From NCBI GenBank assembly GCA_024278765.1, contig JAJRSM010000030.1:5033-69032 (forward strand): DNA of 64,000 nucleotides. Direction: 5' to 3'. The stretch comes from Deltaproteobacteria bacterium. GTDB taxonomy: Bacteria > Desulfobacterota > GWC2-55-46 > DRQE01. This document shows, in pieces, positions 25,263-34,197 of the stretch. Position 1 is the first letter of the stretch, and each line of letters opens with the position of its first letter. The position numbers and the translations under genes are program-made. The notes beneath the pieces were generated by a model that saw only the letters and a list, made by a program, of their open reading frames with translations, ran no database searches and was not told where the DNA came from.

Positions 25263-26803
25263 TGAATAAAATCAACCAGACAGACAGCCAGAACCCTTTT
25301 GATATAAAGTCTTTACTTAATGCGATAATACTGCGCAGGTACGTCTTTATCGCTATTATGCTGCTAGTTATAACGGCATCGGTTATCTATAGTTATTCCA
25401 TTACCAAGATGTACCGTGCCGAGACTATGGTCTTGGTCGAGGCCCCTTCTATCGCAAATCCGCTGGGCGGTGATTCTTCCGGTGTCAACCGCGCCAAACA
25501 GAGGTTGTCACTTATAAAGCACCTTCTCTTTAACAGGTCCAGTGTCGCCAAGGTTATCAGGGAACTTGATTTGGATGTTTATATTAAAAACCCTCATCAA
25601 TATGAGGCTTTGATCTCAAAGATTCAGAGTAACTTGTATACCAGTACACGCAGGAATAACTTCTTTAAATTGAGCTATCTTGGTGAAGATCCTAAGACGG
25701 TCAGGGATATAGTCAATACACTTGCTGCTAAGTATATTGAGGATAGTTTTCAGTCAAAGAGAAGCGGCGTCTCGTTATCAACTGGTTTTTATAATGATCA
25801 GATACTTTATTATAAGGAACGCTTGAGCGACGCAGAGAGTGCGGTTAATGATTATCTTGGGAAAAATCCAACTATGATACTTAAAAGCCCTGATGTTAAG
25901 GTTGCCAGGGTACAGAGCATGCAGACCGCGCTTATGGATCTGAGGTTACAGCGTAATGAGCTTAAGGGTAGGCTTGACAATTTAAATGACCAACTCTCTG
26001 GTAAGACCCCATTATCCGGTACCGTTACATTTAATGATAGCCCTGTTGGTAGGCTTGAGATGCTAGAAGAACAGTTGGCGACACTTCTTCTTAAGTATAC
26101 TGGTAGTTATCCGGCGGTATTGCGGGTAAAGGGTGAGATAGCAGAGTTAAACAAAGGGCTTGATGATAAAGGTGAAGAGGCAAGTTCTAAAGGAGATGTA
26201 AATCCGGTTAGAAAACAGGTTGAGAGCGAGGTCTATAAGATCAAGACTACCCTTACCAGGCTTGACTCAAGGGCGACGGAGATAGAACAGGAAATTGTGG
26301 GTCTTGAGTCTGCACTGAGCGATGTCCCTGCTGAGCATCAAATATTAGTGGATCTGAGAAGAGAGGTGACAGTATATGCGGGGATATATAATAATCTGGT
26401 CACTAAGTTTGAGGCAGTAAAGATAACAAAAGAACTGGAGCAGAGGGAGGAGCCTTTTATCTTTAAGGTGATAAGTCCGGCTGTTCTGCCCGTTAGGCCT
26501 GTAAAGCCCGATAGGGTTCTTATAATTATATTCGGTTTCTTTGCCGGTATAGGTGCTGCGATAGCTATTATCTTTGCATGGGAGAACTATCTAGATACCT
26601 CATTTAAGAGTGTTGATTCTCTTAAAAACTCGATTTCTTTGCCGGTCTTGGCTACTATTCCGATGATAGTGACAGATACGGTAAAAAAGAAAACAAGAAA
26701 AAGAGATATTTGGGTCTTTTCAGCCACAGCTGTATATCTGCTTGTTGTTGGATTGATATTATTGCTTGAATTAGCATCTAAGTACGGGCTGGGGGTTCTT
26801 TAA
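25262..26803 (+). CDS. Polysaccharide chain-length determinant (PCP/GumC-like, no kinase domain)
   Basis: GTG start. N-terminal TM helix, long coiled-coil periplasmic region, C-terminal TM helix (PxxP ...VLPVRPVKPDR...). Confidence 0.8.
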   Translation: MNKINQTDSQNPFDIKSLLNAIILRRYVFIAIMLLVITASVIYSYSITKMYRAETMVLVEAPSIANPLGGDSSGVNRAKQRLSLIKHLLFNRSSVAKVIRELDLDVYIKNPHQYEALISKIQSNLYTSTRRNNFFKLSYLGEDPKTVRDIVNTLAAKYIEDSFQSKRSGVSLSTGFYNDQILYYKERLSDAESAVNDYLGKNPTMILKSPDVKVARVQSMQTALMDLRLQRNELKGRLDNLNDQLSGKTPLSGTVTFNDSPVGRLEMLEEQLATLLLKYTGSYPAVLRVKGEIAELNKGLDDKGEEASSKGDVNPVRKQVESEVYKIKTTLTRLDSRATEIEQEIVGLESALSDVPAEHQILVDLRREVTVYAGIYNNLVTKFEAVKITKELEQREEPFIFKVISPAVLPVRPVKPDRVLIIIFGFFAGIGAAIAIIFAWENYLDTSFKSVDSLKNSISLPVLATIPMIVTDTVKKKTRKRDIWVFSATAVYLLVVGLILLLELASKYGLGVL

Positions 26804-26804
26804 T

Positions 26805-27638
26805 ATGGGTAAGCTAGAGTCAGCACTTGAGAAAGCAATGGAAATACGCAATGAGGGCCAAGCAGTTGAGAGCCCGAAGGTAGAGGCAGAAACAGCCACT
26901 ACTAACTTTGATGCGCCACCGACACTTGACCCTATGGAGATCGATGAATCGGCGATAAGCGAGTACCTTATAACGATGAAGAATCCTCTGTCGCATATAT
27001 CCGAAGAGTACAGGAAACTTTGCACCAGGATATTTTCGGTTACAGAGAAAAGAGATCAGAACATGATAATGGTTACAAGCTCGGCTATGGGTGAGGGCAA
27101 GAGCCTGACCTCTGTTAATCTCGCTACTGTTATCGCCTCTAAGATCGACCATACCGTCTTGCTCGTGGACTGCGATCTGCGTAATCCGACGATGCATAAA
27201 TATTTTGGTCTGACCCCGGAGGTTGGGTTGGTTGATTATTTAAAGGGTAATATAGAGCTTGAAGATGCACTTATTAATACCGGAATAGGGCGGATGACAC
27301 TTCTGCCGGCAGGCACGCCTCCGGATAATCCTGTTGAGCTTTTAAGTTCCAACAAGATGCAGCAACTTATAAGGGATATTAAAGAGAGATACAAGAATAG
27401 ATATATTATTATTGATTCCACACCTGTCCTTTCAACAGCAGAGTCGATTGCAATTGCTTCGCAGGTAGACGGCGTTATATTTGTTGTAAGGGAGAGGATG
27501 GTACCGAAAAAGGAAGTTATTCACGCACTTTCACTACTTAAAGGGGCTAACCTGCTTGGAGTTGTATTAAATGCCGATGAAGACAAGTCTGATAGCTATT
27601 ATAAGCGTTCTTACTATTCTTATTCTAACCGTAAATGA
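26805..27638 (+). CDS. BY-kinase-like (CpsD/CapB type) P-loop ATPase with C-terminal Tyr cluster
   Basis: Walker A SSAMGEGKS, Walker A' LLVDCDLRNP, Walker B IIIDSTPV. Tail reads DSYYKRSYYSYSNRK. Confidence 0.85.
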   Translation: MGKLESALEKAMEIRNEGQAVESPKVEAETATTNFDAPPTLDPMEIDESAISEYLITMKNPLSHISEEYRKLCTRIFSVTEKRDQNMIMVTSSAMGEGKSLTSVNLATVIASKIDHTVLLVDCDLRNPTMHKYFGLTPEVGLVDYLKGNIELEDALINTGIGRMTLLPAGTPPDNPVELLSSNKMQQLIRDIKERYKNRYIIIDSTPVLSTAESIAIASQVDGVIFVVRERMVPKKEVIHALSLLKGANLLGVVLNADEDKSDSYYKRSYYSYSNRK

Positions 27639-28821
27639 TTCACAGGCGAGGTTAAGATCCTCTGTCGCTCTATCAGTGAAAGAAGATTATAACGATAATA
27701 TTTTTCTTACTGACAAAAATGAAGAAGATGATTTTATTACAAAGATTATTCCGTCTTTTACGTTGAATTATAAAAGTGGCAGGCATGAGGCCACGCTTGA
27801 GTATAGTTATGAGTGGCAGGCTTATGCGCAGAACTCAAGGTCTGATGGTGGTCGTCACGATGGTAGTGCAAAGATAACCAGTATGCTGATAGAGAGGCTT
27901 CTTACGGTAAATATATCAGATGTTTATTCGAATACGGCTACGGATACCAGGCGCTCTACAAATGAAAGTGAGGTACTTGTGAATACAGTTGGAAAAAATA
28001 CATTTACCTTTAATCCGGTAATATACAGAAACCTTTCACCGGTGATGACACTCAGTGTTGGTTATGAGTTTATTGATATCTCTTATAATAATACCTCTAA
28101 TAATAATACCTTAGAGGATGTCAGGTACAACAACGTATACCTGAATCTTGAGAGACGACTATCAAAGCGGCTTACGGTATCTGCAAAATATGGTCATGAT
28201 GACAAAGAGACAGAGGATGACATAACCAAGGACTTTACCTCTCGGAACGCAAGTGTATCGTCTTCTCTGCAGTTAACGCGTGATACAAGTTTTGACGCGA
28301 CCTTTGGTAGAACCTGGTATGACTACGAGACCAAGAGTAACACAGAATCTAATTTTTGGAATTTTACGGCCAAGACCAAGCTCATGAGTACAGGTACGGC
28401 AACGCTCGGTTATAGTCGTCAGAGCAAGGATTCGGTTGAGCTCGGTACGTACCTGAATGAGTTAGTTAATCTGAAGCTGAGTTTTGGTAAACGTCTTAAA
28501 TTTACACTTGGAGGGGGGGCGAGTCAAGACGAGTACCTTACCTCTGAGCGTGAAGACGATAAGGTCTTTGGCAATGCCTCTCTTTCCTGGCAGATGACCT
28601 CTAAGTTAAGGGTCTCGGTTAACGGTGATATTAGCAATGAAAAATTCACACAACCAAGTGAAGAGGTTGATAAGTGGGGTGCTGGGGTTGGTGCTAATTA
28701 CAGGCTTGGTAAGCACCTAAACCTCTCTCTAAATTATAGCTATAGGGATAGAGATTCAACAACAGCTGGCAATTCATACCAGAACAATGTTGCAACGGTC
28801 TCTGTCGCAGCTACTTATTAA
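27571..28821 (+). CDS. Outer-membrane beta-barrel protein, PEP-CTERM-locus associated
   Basis: Signal peptide MPMKTSLIAIISVLTILILTVNDSQA|R. Alternating beta-strand pattern throughout. C-terminal ...VSVAATY has a terminal aromatic residue. GGAG lies 10 nt upstream of ATG 27571. Confidence 0.7.
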   Translation: MPMKTSLIAIISVLTILILTVNDSQARLRSSVALSVKEDYNDNIFLTDKNEEDDFITKIIPSFTLNYKSGRHEATLEYSYEWQAYAQNSRSDGGRHDGSAKITSMLIERLLTVNISDVYSNTATDTRRSTNESEVLVNTVGKNTFTFNPVIYRNLSPVMTLSVGYEFIDISYNNTSNNNTLEDVRYNNVYLNLERRLSKRLTVSAKYGHDDKETEDDITKDFTSRNASVSSSLQLTRDTSFDATFGRTWYDYETKSNTESNFWNFTAKTKLMSTGTATLGYSRQSKDSVELGTYLNELVNLKLSFGKRLKFTLGGGASQDEYLTSEREDDKVFGNASLSWQMTSKLRVSVNGDISNEKFTQPSEEVDKWGAGVGANYRLGKHLNLSLNYSYRDRDSTTAGNSYQNNVATVSVAATY

Positions 28822-28844
28822 GAGGCTTTTTAAGGGGAATAGAT

Positions 28845-29732
28845 ATGTATATGGATTTCTATAAACTTTCTGCAAAACCATTTAGTCTGAGTCCTGACCC
28901 GGAGTATTTCTTTCTGAGCTCAGGTCATAAGCGTGCCTACACCTACCTTAACTATACGATAAGGGAAGGGGAAGGGTTTGTAGTTATCTCCGGTGAGATC
29001 GGGGCCGGTAAGACAACACTTTTAAGGACTGTGCTTAAAGGTCTTGAAAAAGAGGATAAGACCGTGGCCTTTATCAGGAACACGATGGTCTCGGGCTCTC
29101 AGCTTATAAAGCTTATAGCCGATGAATTCGGTATCCCCGGCATCTGGGGGCAAGAAAAAGAACAGATACTGAGTTCGATAAATGATTTTCTTATAGACCA
29201 GTTCAGTAAGAACAGGAAATGCATAGTTATTATCGACGAGGCACAGAACCTGAGCCCGGCGACTCTGGAGGAGGTAAGGCTGCTCTCCAATCTTGAGACA
29301 GACAAGCATAAGCTCTTGCAGATAATCCTCGCAGGCCAGCCTGAGCTTCGCGATAAACTCTCGATTCCTCAGCTAGAGCAGCTCAGGCAGCGCGTTGTTT
29401 TGAGCTATCATCTTGGCCCACTGAGCCTTGAGGAGACAGGTGAGTACATTATGCATCGCATGAAGCACGTTGGTGGCGAGGATATCTTTAGTGAAGAGTG
29501 CTTTGAAGAGATCTATGAGTTTTCTAAGGGGACTCCGAGGCTGATTAATATTATCTGCGAGTTTTCTTTACTCTTTGGTTTTGTCGAGGAGCAGAAGGTT
29601 CTGGATCTAGAGGTTGTCAGGAGTGTTAGGGAAGACCTTGAAAAGGATAGGCTTAGACAAGGTGTGGGTAGTGAGAATAGCATTCACTCAAAGACTTTTT
29701 TGAAAGAGATGGGCGTGGAAGGTGAGTGTTAG
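28845..29732 (+). CDS. ExeA/GspA-like AAA ATPase (PEP-CTERM locus putative secretion ATPase)
   Basis: Walker A GEIGAGKTT, Walker B IVIIDEAQNL, followed by LLSNLETDK..LLQIILAGQPEL, typical of ExeA/MshM-like ATPases. Confidence 0.8.
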   Translation: MYMDFYKLSAKPFSLSPDPEYFFLSSGHKRAYTYLNYTIREGEGFVVISGEIGAGKTTLLRTVLKGLEKEDKTVAFIRNTMVSGSQLIKLIADEFGIPGIWGQEKEQILSSINDFLIDQFSKNRKCIVIIDEAQNLSPATLEEVRLLSNLETDKHKLLQIILAGQPELRDKLSIPQLEQLRQRVVLSYHLGPLSLEETGEYIMHRMKHVGGEDIFSEECFEEIYEFSKGTPRLINIICEFSLLFGFVEEQKVLDLEVVRSVREDLEKDRLRQGVGSENSIHSKTFLKEMGVEGEC

Positions 29733-29784
29733 TAAGAGATTTGTTGAAGATTTTCACAACTAATCAACTGCTTGGAGAATAGCA

Positions 29785-31191
29785 ATGGATGACGATACTA
29801 GTAGAAAAATAAAAACAATCTTGGAGACATGCCTGGTAGTTCCGGCATTTTTTGTTGCTTATCTGATCAGAGATAATTTCTTTTTTTCTTCGTCTCTGGT
29901 CGGTGAACTTTCTCATTATGTTTTTCTCTTGTATCTGATCGTGCCGCTTTGGGCAGTACTTTTATATGTTAATAATAAAGCGCATTCTCCTCTTGGTAAG
30001 GACGGGCTTTATAAGGATTTGAGGTCTATTCCCAGGGTTATTTTTTATGGCGCTATATTGCTAATGGGCCTGATGTATTTTCTGAAATTTAGTGACGTTA
30101 GCAGGACCTTTATTGTCAGTTTTTTAGTGGTTGATACTGTTTTTTTAATAGTAGCAAGGATAGGTGTCTATTACTATGTAGCACACAGGAACAGACATAG
30201 CCTTAATCAAAAAAATATACTAATGGTCGGTACCGGTAAGAGGGCTGTTCATCTGGCCGAGTTAATTCAAAACCATAGGGAGTGGGGCGTTAAGGTTATT
30301 GGTTTTATTGAAAAAGACCCTGAGATGGTAGGTAATGAAATATTAGACGTTAAGGTTATGGGACTTCTCAAAGACCTGCCTGTGATACTGACGAATTATC
30401 AGGTTGATGACGTTATATTTGCAGGCCCCAGGAGCTGGCTTGATCAGATTCAGGATGCCGTACGTTGTTGCGAAGAGATTGGTGTTAGAGCACAGATCGC
30501 ATGTGATTTTTGGCCAACGAGCCTTACTAAGATCAACCTTGATACGCTTGGAGGAAAACCACTTTTAAGCCTTACTCCTCCGCCTGATTACGGAGATCTC
30601 TTTGCCGTAAAGAGGGCGCTTGATATAGGATTTTCTTTCTTCGTTCTTTTGATGATGCTTCCGGTTTTCATTGTGAGTGCAGTTTTTATAAAGATCACTT
30701 CTCCCGGGCCTATATTTTTCAGACAGGAACGTTACGGTCTGCGCGGAAGAAAGTTTGAACTTATAAAGTTTCGCACAATGGTGGTGAACGCAGAGGATAT
30801 GAAGACCGAGCTTAGCCACCTCAATGAAATGACGGGCCCAATATTCAAGATGCAGAATGATCCTCGTATAACGCCTGTAGGCCGGTTCCTGCGCAAATTC
30901 AGCCTCGACGAGTTTCCTCAGTTTATAAATGTATTGAAAGGGGATATGAGTATTGTTGGGCCGAGACCTCCGATACCTAACGAGGTCGATGGTTATGAGT
31001 TTAGTCAGCGTCGACGTCTCTCGGTACGTCCAGGCCTTACTTGCCTCTGGCAGATAAGCGGAAGGAATACGGTTAACTTTGATGAGTGGGTTCGCCAGGA
31101 CCTAGAGTATATCGATAAGTGGAGTCTTGCCCTTGACGTGAAGATCATATTCAAGACCATACCTGCGGTCCTGCGCGGCACAGGTATGTAA
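29785..31191 (+). CDS. Polyprenyl-phosphate glycosyl-1-phosphate transferase (priming bacterial sugar transferase)
   Basis: N-terminal TM helices, central Rossmann-like domain. C-terminal hallmark PGPIFFRQERYGL.GRKF...KFRTM...DE.PQFINVLKGDMSIVGPRP. Confidence 0.9.
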   Translation: MDDDTSRKIKTILETCLVVPAFFVAYLIRDNFFFSSSLVGELSHYVFLLYLIVPLWAVLLYVNNKAHSPLGKDGLYKDLRSIPRVIFYGAILLMGLMYFLKFSDVSRTFIVSFLVVDTVFLIVARIGVYYYVAHRNRHSLNQKNILMVGTGKRAVHLAELIQNHREWGVKVIGFIEKDPEMVGNEILDVKVMGLLKDLPVILTNYQVDDVIFAGPRSWLDQIQDAVRCCEEIGVRAQIACDFWPTSLTKINLDTLGGKPLLSLTPPPDYGDLFAVKRALDIGFSFFVLLMMLPVFIVSAVFIKITSPGPIFFRQERYGLRGRKFELIKFRTMVVNAEDMKTELSHLNEMTGPIFKMQNDPRITPVGRFLRKFSLDEFPQFINVLKGDMSIVGPRPPIPNEVDGYEFSQRRRLSVRPGLTCLWQISGRNTVNFDEWVRQDLEYIDKWSLALDVKIIFKTIPAVLRGTGM

Positions 31192-31223
31192 GTAAGAGGT
31201 CGTTGTATGGTCTCTTTGTGTGA

Positions 31224-32381
31224 ATGATGGCAGAGATAATTATAGCAAAGGTTGTTTTCTGGCTCGCTGGTGCCCTGGTAGTATATTCGTATTTCGGATA
31301 CCCTGCTGTACTGGCCATACTTTCATTCTTCTTCAGTGTTACTCCGAAGCGAGACGGAACTTATACTCCAAAGGTTACGCTTCTTATTATGGCTTATAAC
31401 GAAGAGGGGTGTATCAGAGAAAAGATCGAGAATGCGTTTGCAACTGATTATCCTTCGGAAAAGCTTGAGTTAATAGTTGCGTCAAATGGTACTACAGATA
31501 GAACAGATGAAATCGTAAGAGAGTATAGGGACAGAGGCGTTAAGCTCTTCTCATACGAAAAGGCTGGTAAGACAAACGCTGAGAACCTATCTATACCAAA
31601 GGCTAAAGGTGAGATCATTGTTCTCTCTGATGCGAACTCAATATATGAAAGCGGCGCGATAAGGAAGATGGTCTCGTATTTTGCCGATGAGCGGGTAGGG
31701 GTCGTAGCAGGTAGGCTGCGCTATGTTAGTTCCAAGACCATGACAGGTAAAGGCGAGAGTCTTTATTGGAACTACGATGGTATCGTAAAGACGCTGGAGA
31801 GTAAACTGGGTAAAACTCTTGTAGCACACGGCGGGACGATGGCCTTTAGGAAAAAGTTGTATGAACCAATCGACGAGGCCTTAACTGAAGACTTCATTCT
31901 GCCGATAAGGTTAATAGGCAAAGGCTACTTGCATATATATGAACCTGCTGCTGTGATAATGGAGAAGGCTGCAGAAAAAGGTAAGGACGAATACGCGAGA
32001 AAGAGGCGTATTGTAACGCAGGGAGCACGGTCTTTTTTTACTTTGATGCGCGAGCTGCCGTTAACTCAGCCCTTGGTTATCTTTGAGTTGATCTCGCATA
32101 AGTTTCTGCGCTGGATAGTCGGTGTTTTCATGGCAGGTATTTTTATCTCAAATTTATTTTTATTAGGTGAGAATTTTTATTTTGTAACTTTTATTTTGCA
32201 GATTGCATTTTATCTGGCGGCCTTAACTGGTTATCTTTTCGAGAAGAAAGGCATTAAGGTCAAGCTGCTTTTTATACCTTATTTTTTCTGCCTTGTAAAT
32301 GCAGCGGCAATATCAGGTATTATAAATATGCTCTTTGGCGGTAAGCTCTCTACGTGGGAGAAGGCCAAGAGTGCCAGATAA
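31224..32381 (+). CDS. Family 2 glycosyltransferase with N- and C-terminal TM segments
   Basis: GT2 blocks VTLLIMAYNEE, IIVLSDANS and a downstream RK..RRIVTQGA region. Hydrophobic termini. Confidence 0.8.
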   Translation: MMAEIIIAKVVFWLAGALVVYSYFGYPAVLAILSFFFSVTPKRDGTYTPKVTLLIMAYNEEGCIREKIENAFATDYPSEKLELIVASNGTTDRTDEIVREYRDRGVKLFSYEKAGKTNAENLSIPKAKGEIIVLSDANSIYESGAIRKMVSYFADERVGVVAGRLRYVSSKTMTGKGESLYWNYDGIVKTLESKLGKTLVAHGGTMAFRKKLYEPIDEALTEDFILPIRLIGKGYLHIYEPAAVIMEKAAEKGKDEYARKRRIVTQGARSFFTLMRELPLTQPLVIFELISHKFLRWIVGVFMAGIFISNLFLLGENFYFVTFILQIAFYLAALTGYLFEKKGIKVKLLFIPYFFCLVNAAAISGIINMLFGGKLSTWEKAKSAR

Positions 32382-32394
32382 GTCAGGGGACGTA

Positions 32395-33063
32395 GTGGAT
32401 CTTAAGGGGTTGTTTGCTAGCATTGATAAAAATTGGAATCAGAATAAAAGACCTCTGCTGCTTGGTATCGCAGGGGGATCAGGGTCAGGGAAGTCAACCC
32501 TGGCCAATGCCTTACTAGAAACCCTGGGTGGAAGGGTTTTGGTTATAGAGCAGGATTCGTATTATGCCTGTTGCAGCCGTCTTACGACGGCGCAGAGGAA
32601 TAAGCGTAATTTTGATCATCCCGATGCTGTTGAGTTGTCTTTACTCTCTGAACATCTCAGAGAGCTTAAGACAGGGAATGTGATCAAGCGTCCTATCTAT
32701 GATTTTTCAACTCACTCGCGTCTTGATAAGACCGAGCCCGTAGAACCCACCCCGGTTATTGTAGTAGAAGGACTTTTTCTCTTTACTGATCCCGATCTGC
32801 GCGAGCTCTTTGATCTCAGGGTTTACGTCGATGCCGATGCAGATATAAGGCTGCTTCGCAGGATCAGAAGAGACGTCGCTGAACGTGGTCGCTCGGTTGA
32901 GTCGGTCGTTGAGCAATATATCGAAAGCGTAAAGCCCATGCACGATAAGTTCATCTCGGGCGGCGAGCAGTGGGCGCATTGCAGGGTCGATACGCAGACA
33001 GACGACGGTGTGGCGGTGGTCTTTGAGGGTTTTCTGGAGCATTTATTAAAACTATCTCGTTAG
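32395..33063 (+). CDS. udk: Uridine/cytidine kinase
   Basis: P-loop GIAGGSGSGKST. Blocks FDHPDA, IYDFSTHSR, VIVVEGLF and DLRVYVDADADIRLLRRIRRDV.ERGRS. Start set at GTG 32395 (AGGGGA 4-5 nt upstream), because the ORF-track start 32335 would overlap the GT2 gene by 47 nt. Confidence 0.85.
   Translation: MDLKGLFASIDKNWNQNKRPLLLGIAGGSGSGKSTLANALLETLGGRVLVIEQDSYYACCSRLTTAQRNKRNFDHPDAVELSLLSEHLRELKTGNVIKRPIYDFSTHSRLDKTEPVEPTPVIVVEGLFLFTDPDLRELFDLRVYVDADADIRLLRRIRRDVAERGRSVESVVEQYIESVKPMHDKFISGGEQWAHCRVDTQTDDGVAVVFEGFLEHLLKLSR
32982..33041 (+). repeat. Copy A of a 60-nt duplicated segment (3' end of udk)
   Basis: 55/60 identical to 34110-34169 (aligned by eye; mismatches at positions 16, 19, 34, 43 and 44). 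Confidence 0.9.
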
Positions 33064-33083
33064 TCTCTGAAAGCGGAGTTGAT

Positions 33084-34058
33084 TTGAAAGTATCTGTAAT
33101 TATACCGACATATAACAGGGCGCATGTAATATGCGAAGCCCTCGATAGTGTACTGGCTCAAACGTATGAGGACTTTGAGGTAATTATCGTTGATGATGGA
33201 TCCACCGATGATACAGCTGAAAAGATTGAACCTTATTTGTCAGATGGTCGAGTTCGTTATGTGAAGCAGGAAAATGCTGGTGTTTCAGCAGCACGAAATT
33301 TTGGAGTGTCTCTTGCTACTGCAAAGGTAATATCATTTATTGATTCGGACGATCTATGGAAGCCTGAAAAGCTTGAACGTGAAGTATCTTTCTTCAAGAA
33401 ACACCGAGATGTAAAGGTAGTATTTAGTGACTTAGAGGCACAGCGCGGAGATGTTTTTATACCTTCATTTATGAGAGAGACTCCTTTTTTTTCTAAAATG
33501 ATTAAAGACTTGTCTTATGGCGAAGCTATAGTGGTGAGTCAAAGAAATATGTTTTTAATTTTACTTAAAGAAGTTCCTGTTAAACCTACCGCTTTTTCTA
33601 TCTATAAGGGGTTATTCAAAAATACTGGTGGTTTCGATCCAAGTTATGTATCGGGTGAGGATTGGGAGTTTTTTCTTCGATTATCCAAGTCAGAAAAATT
33701 TGGATATATTAATCAACCACTGGCTGTACTTCGCCTGTCTAAGGATTCTCTACATAAATTACATGTAAAGAAGGATATTTTAGGAGTTCTAGGTTTTCTT
33801 ACAGATATTAAGAGATCTTTGTCTAATGATCCTGAGGCTCAAAAGGCAGTTCGTAACGGTATGAAAGATGTTTATGTTCGTCTTTGTAAATATTATCACT
33901 ATGAAGAGAAAATGCGGTTCTTAGCCGTTAAGACATGTCTTAACGGCTATTTAAAAACTCGAGATGCGGAGTTACTTTTAAGAGCTGTAGAAATTAACCT
34001 TCCTGAAGTAATAAAAGTAAAATCCAGACAATTTCTAAGGAGATTGGTTAATGTGTAG
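33084..34058 (+). CDS. Family 2 glycosyltransferase
   Basis: TTG start. KVSVIIPTYNR....L.S.L.QT..DFEVIIVDDGSTD...DSDD signature. Confidence 0.85.
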   Translation: MKVSVIIPTYNRAHVICEALDSVLAQTYEDFEVIIVDDGSTDDTAEKIEPYLSDGRVRYVKQENAGVSAARNFGVSLATAKVISFIDSDDLWKPEKLEREVSFFKKHRDVKVVFSDLEAQRGDVFIPSFMRETPFFSKMIKDLSYGEAIVVSQRNMFLILLKEVPVKPTAFSIYKGLFKNTGGFDPSYVSGEDWEFFLRLSKSEKFGYINQPLAVLRLSKDSLHKLHVKKDILGVLGFLTDIKRSLSNDPEAQKAVRNGMKDVYVRLCKYYHYEEKMRFLAVKTCLNGYLKTRDAELLLRAVEINLPEVIKVKSRQFLRRLVNV

Positions 34059-34197
34059 CAAAGAAAATAAACAAGTGCGACCTGTTAAAGTATTAGTGAT
34101 TATTCCTATCAGGGTCGATACGCAAACCGACGACGGTGTGGCAGTGGTCTTCAAGGGTTTTCTGGAGCACGTTTTAAGTTTTAAAGGAGATAGCTAG
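34051..34197 (+). pseudogene. Chimeric 48-codon remnant: GT2-like N-terminus fused to a second copy of the udk C-terminus
   Basis: ATG 34051 ... TAG 34195-34197 translates to MCSKENKQVRPVKVLVIIPI|RVDTQTDDGVAVVFKGFLEHVLSFKGDS. The second half is 55/60 nt identical to udk 32982-33041. Confidence 0.7.
34110..34169 (+). repeat. Copy B of the duplicated udk 3' segment
   Basis: See copy A. It forms a GC-rich island (34/60 G+C) inside AT-rich surroundings. Confidence 0.9.
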
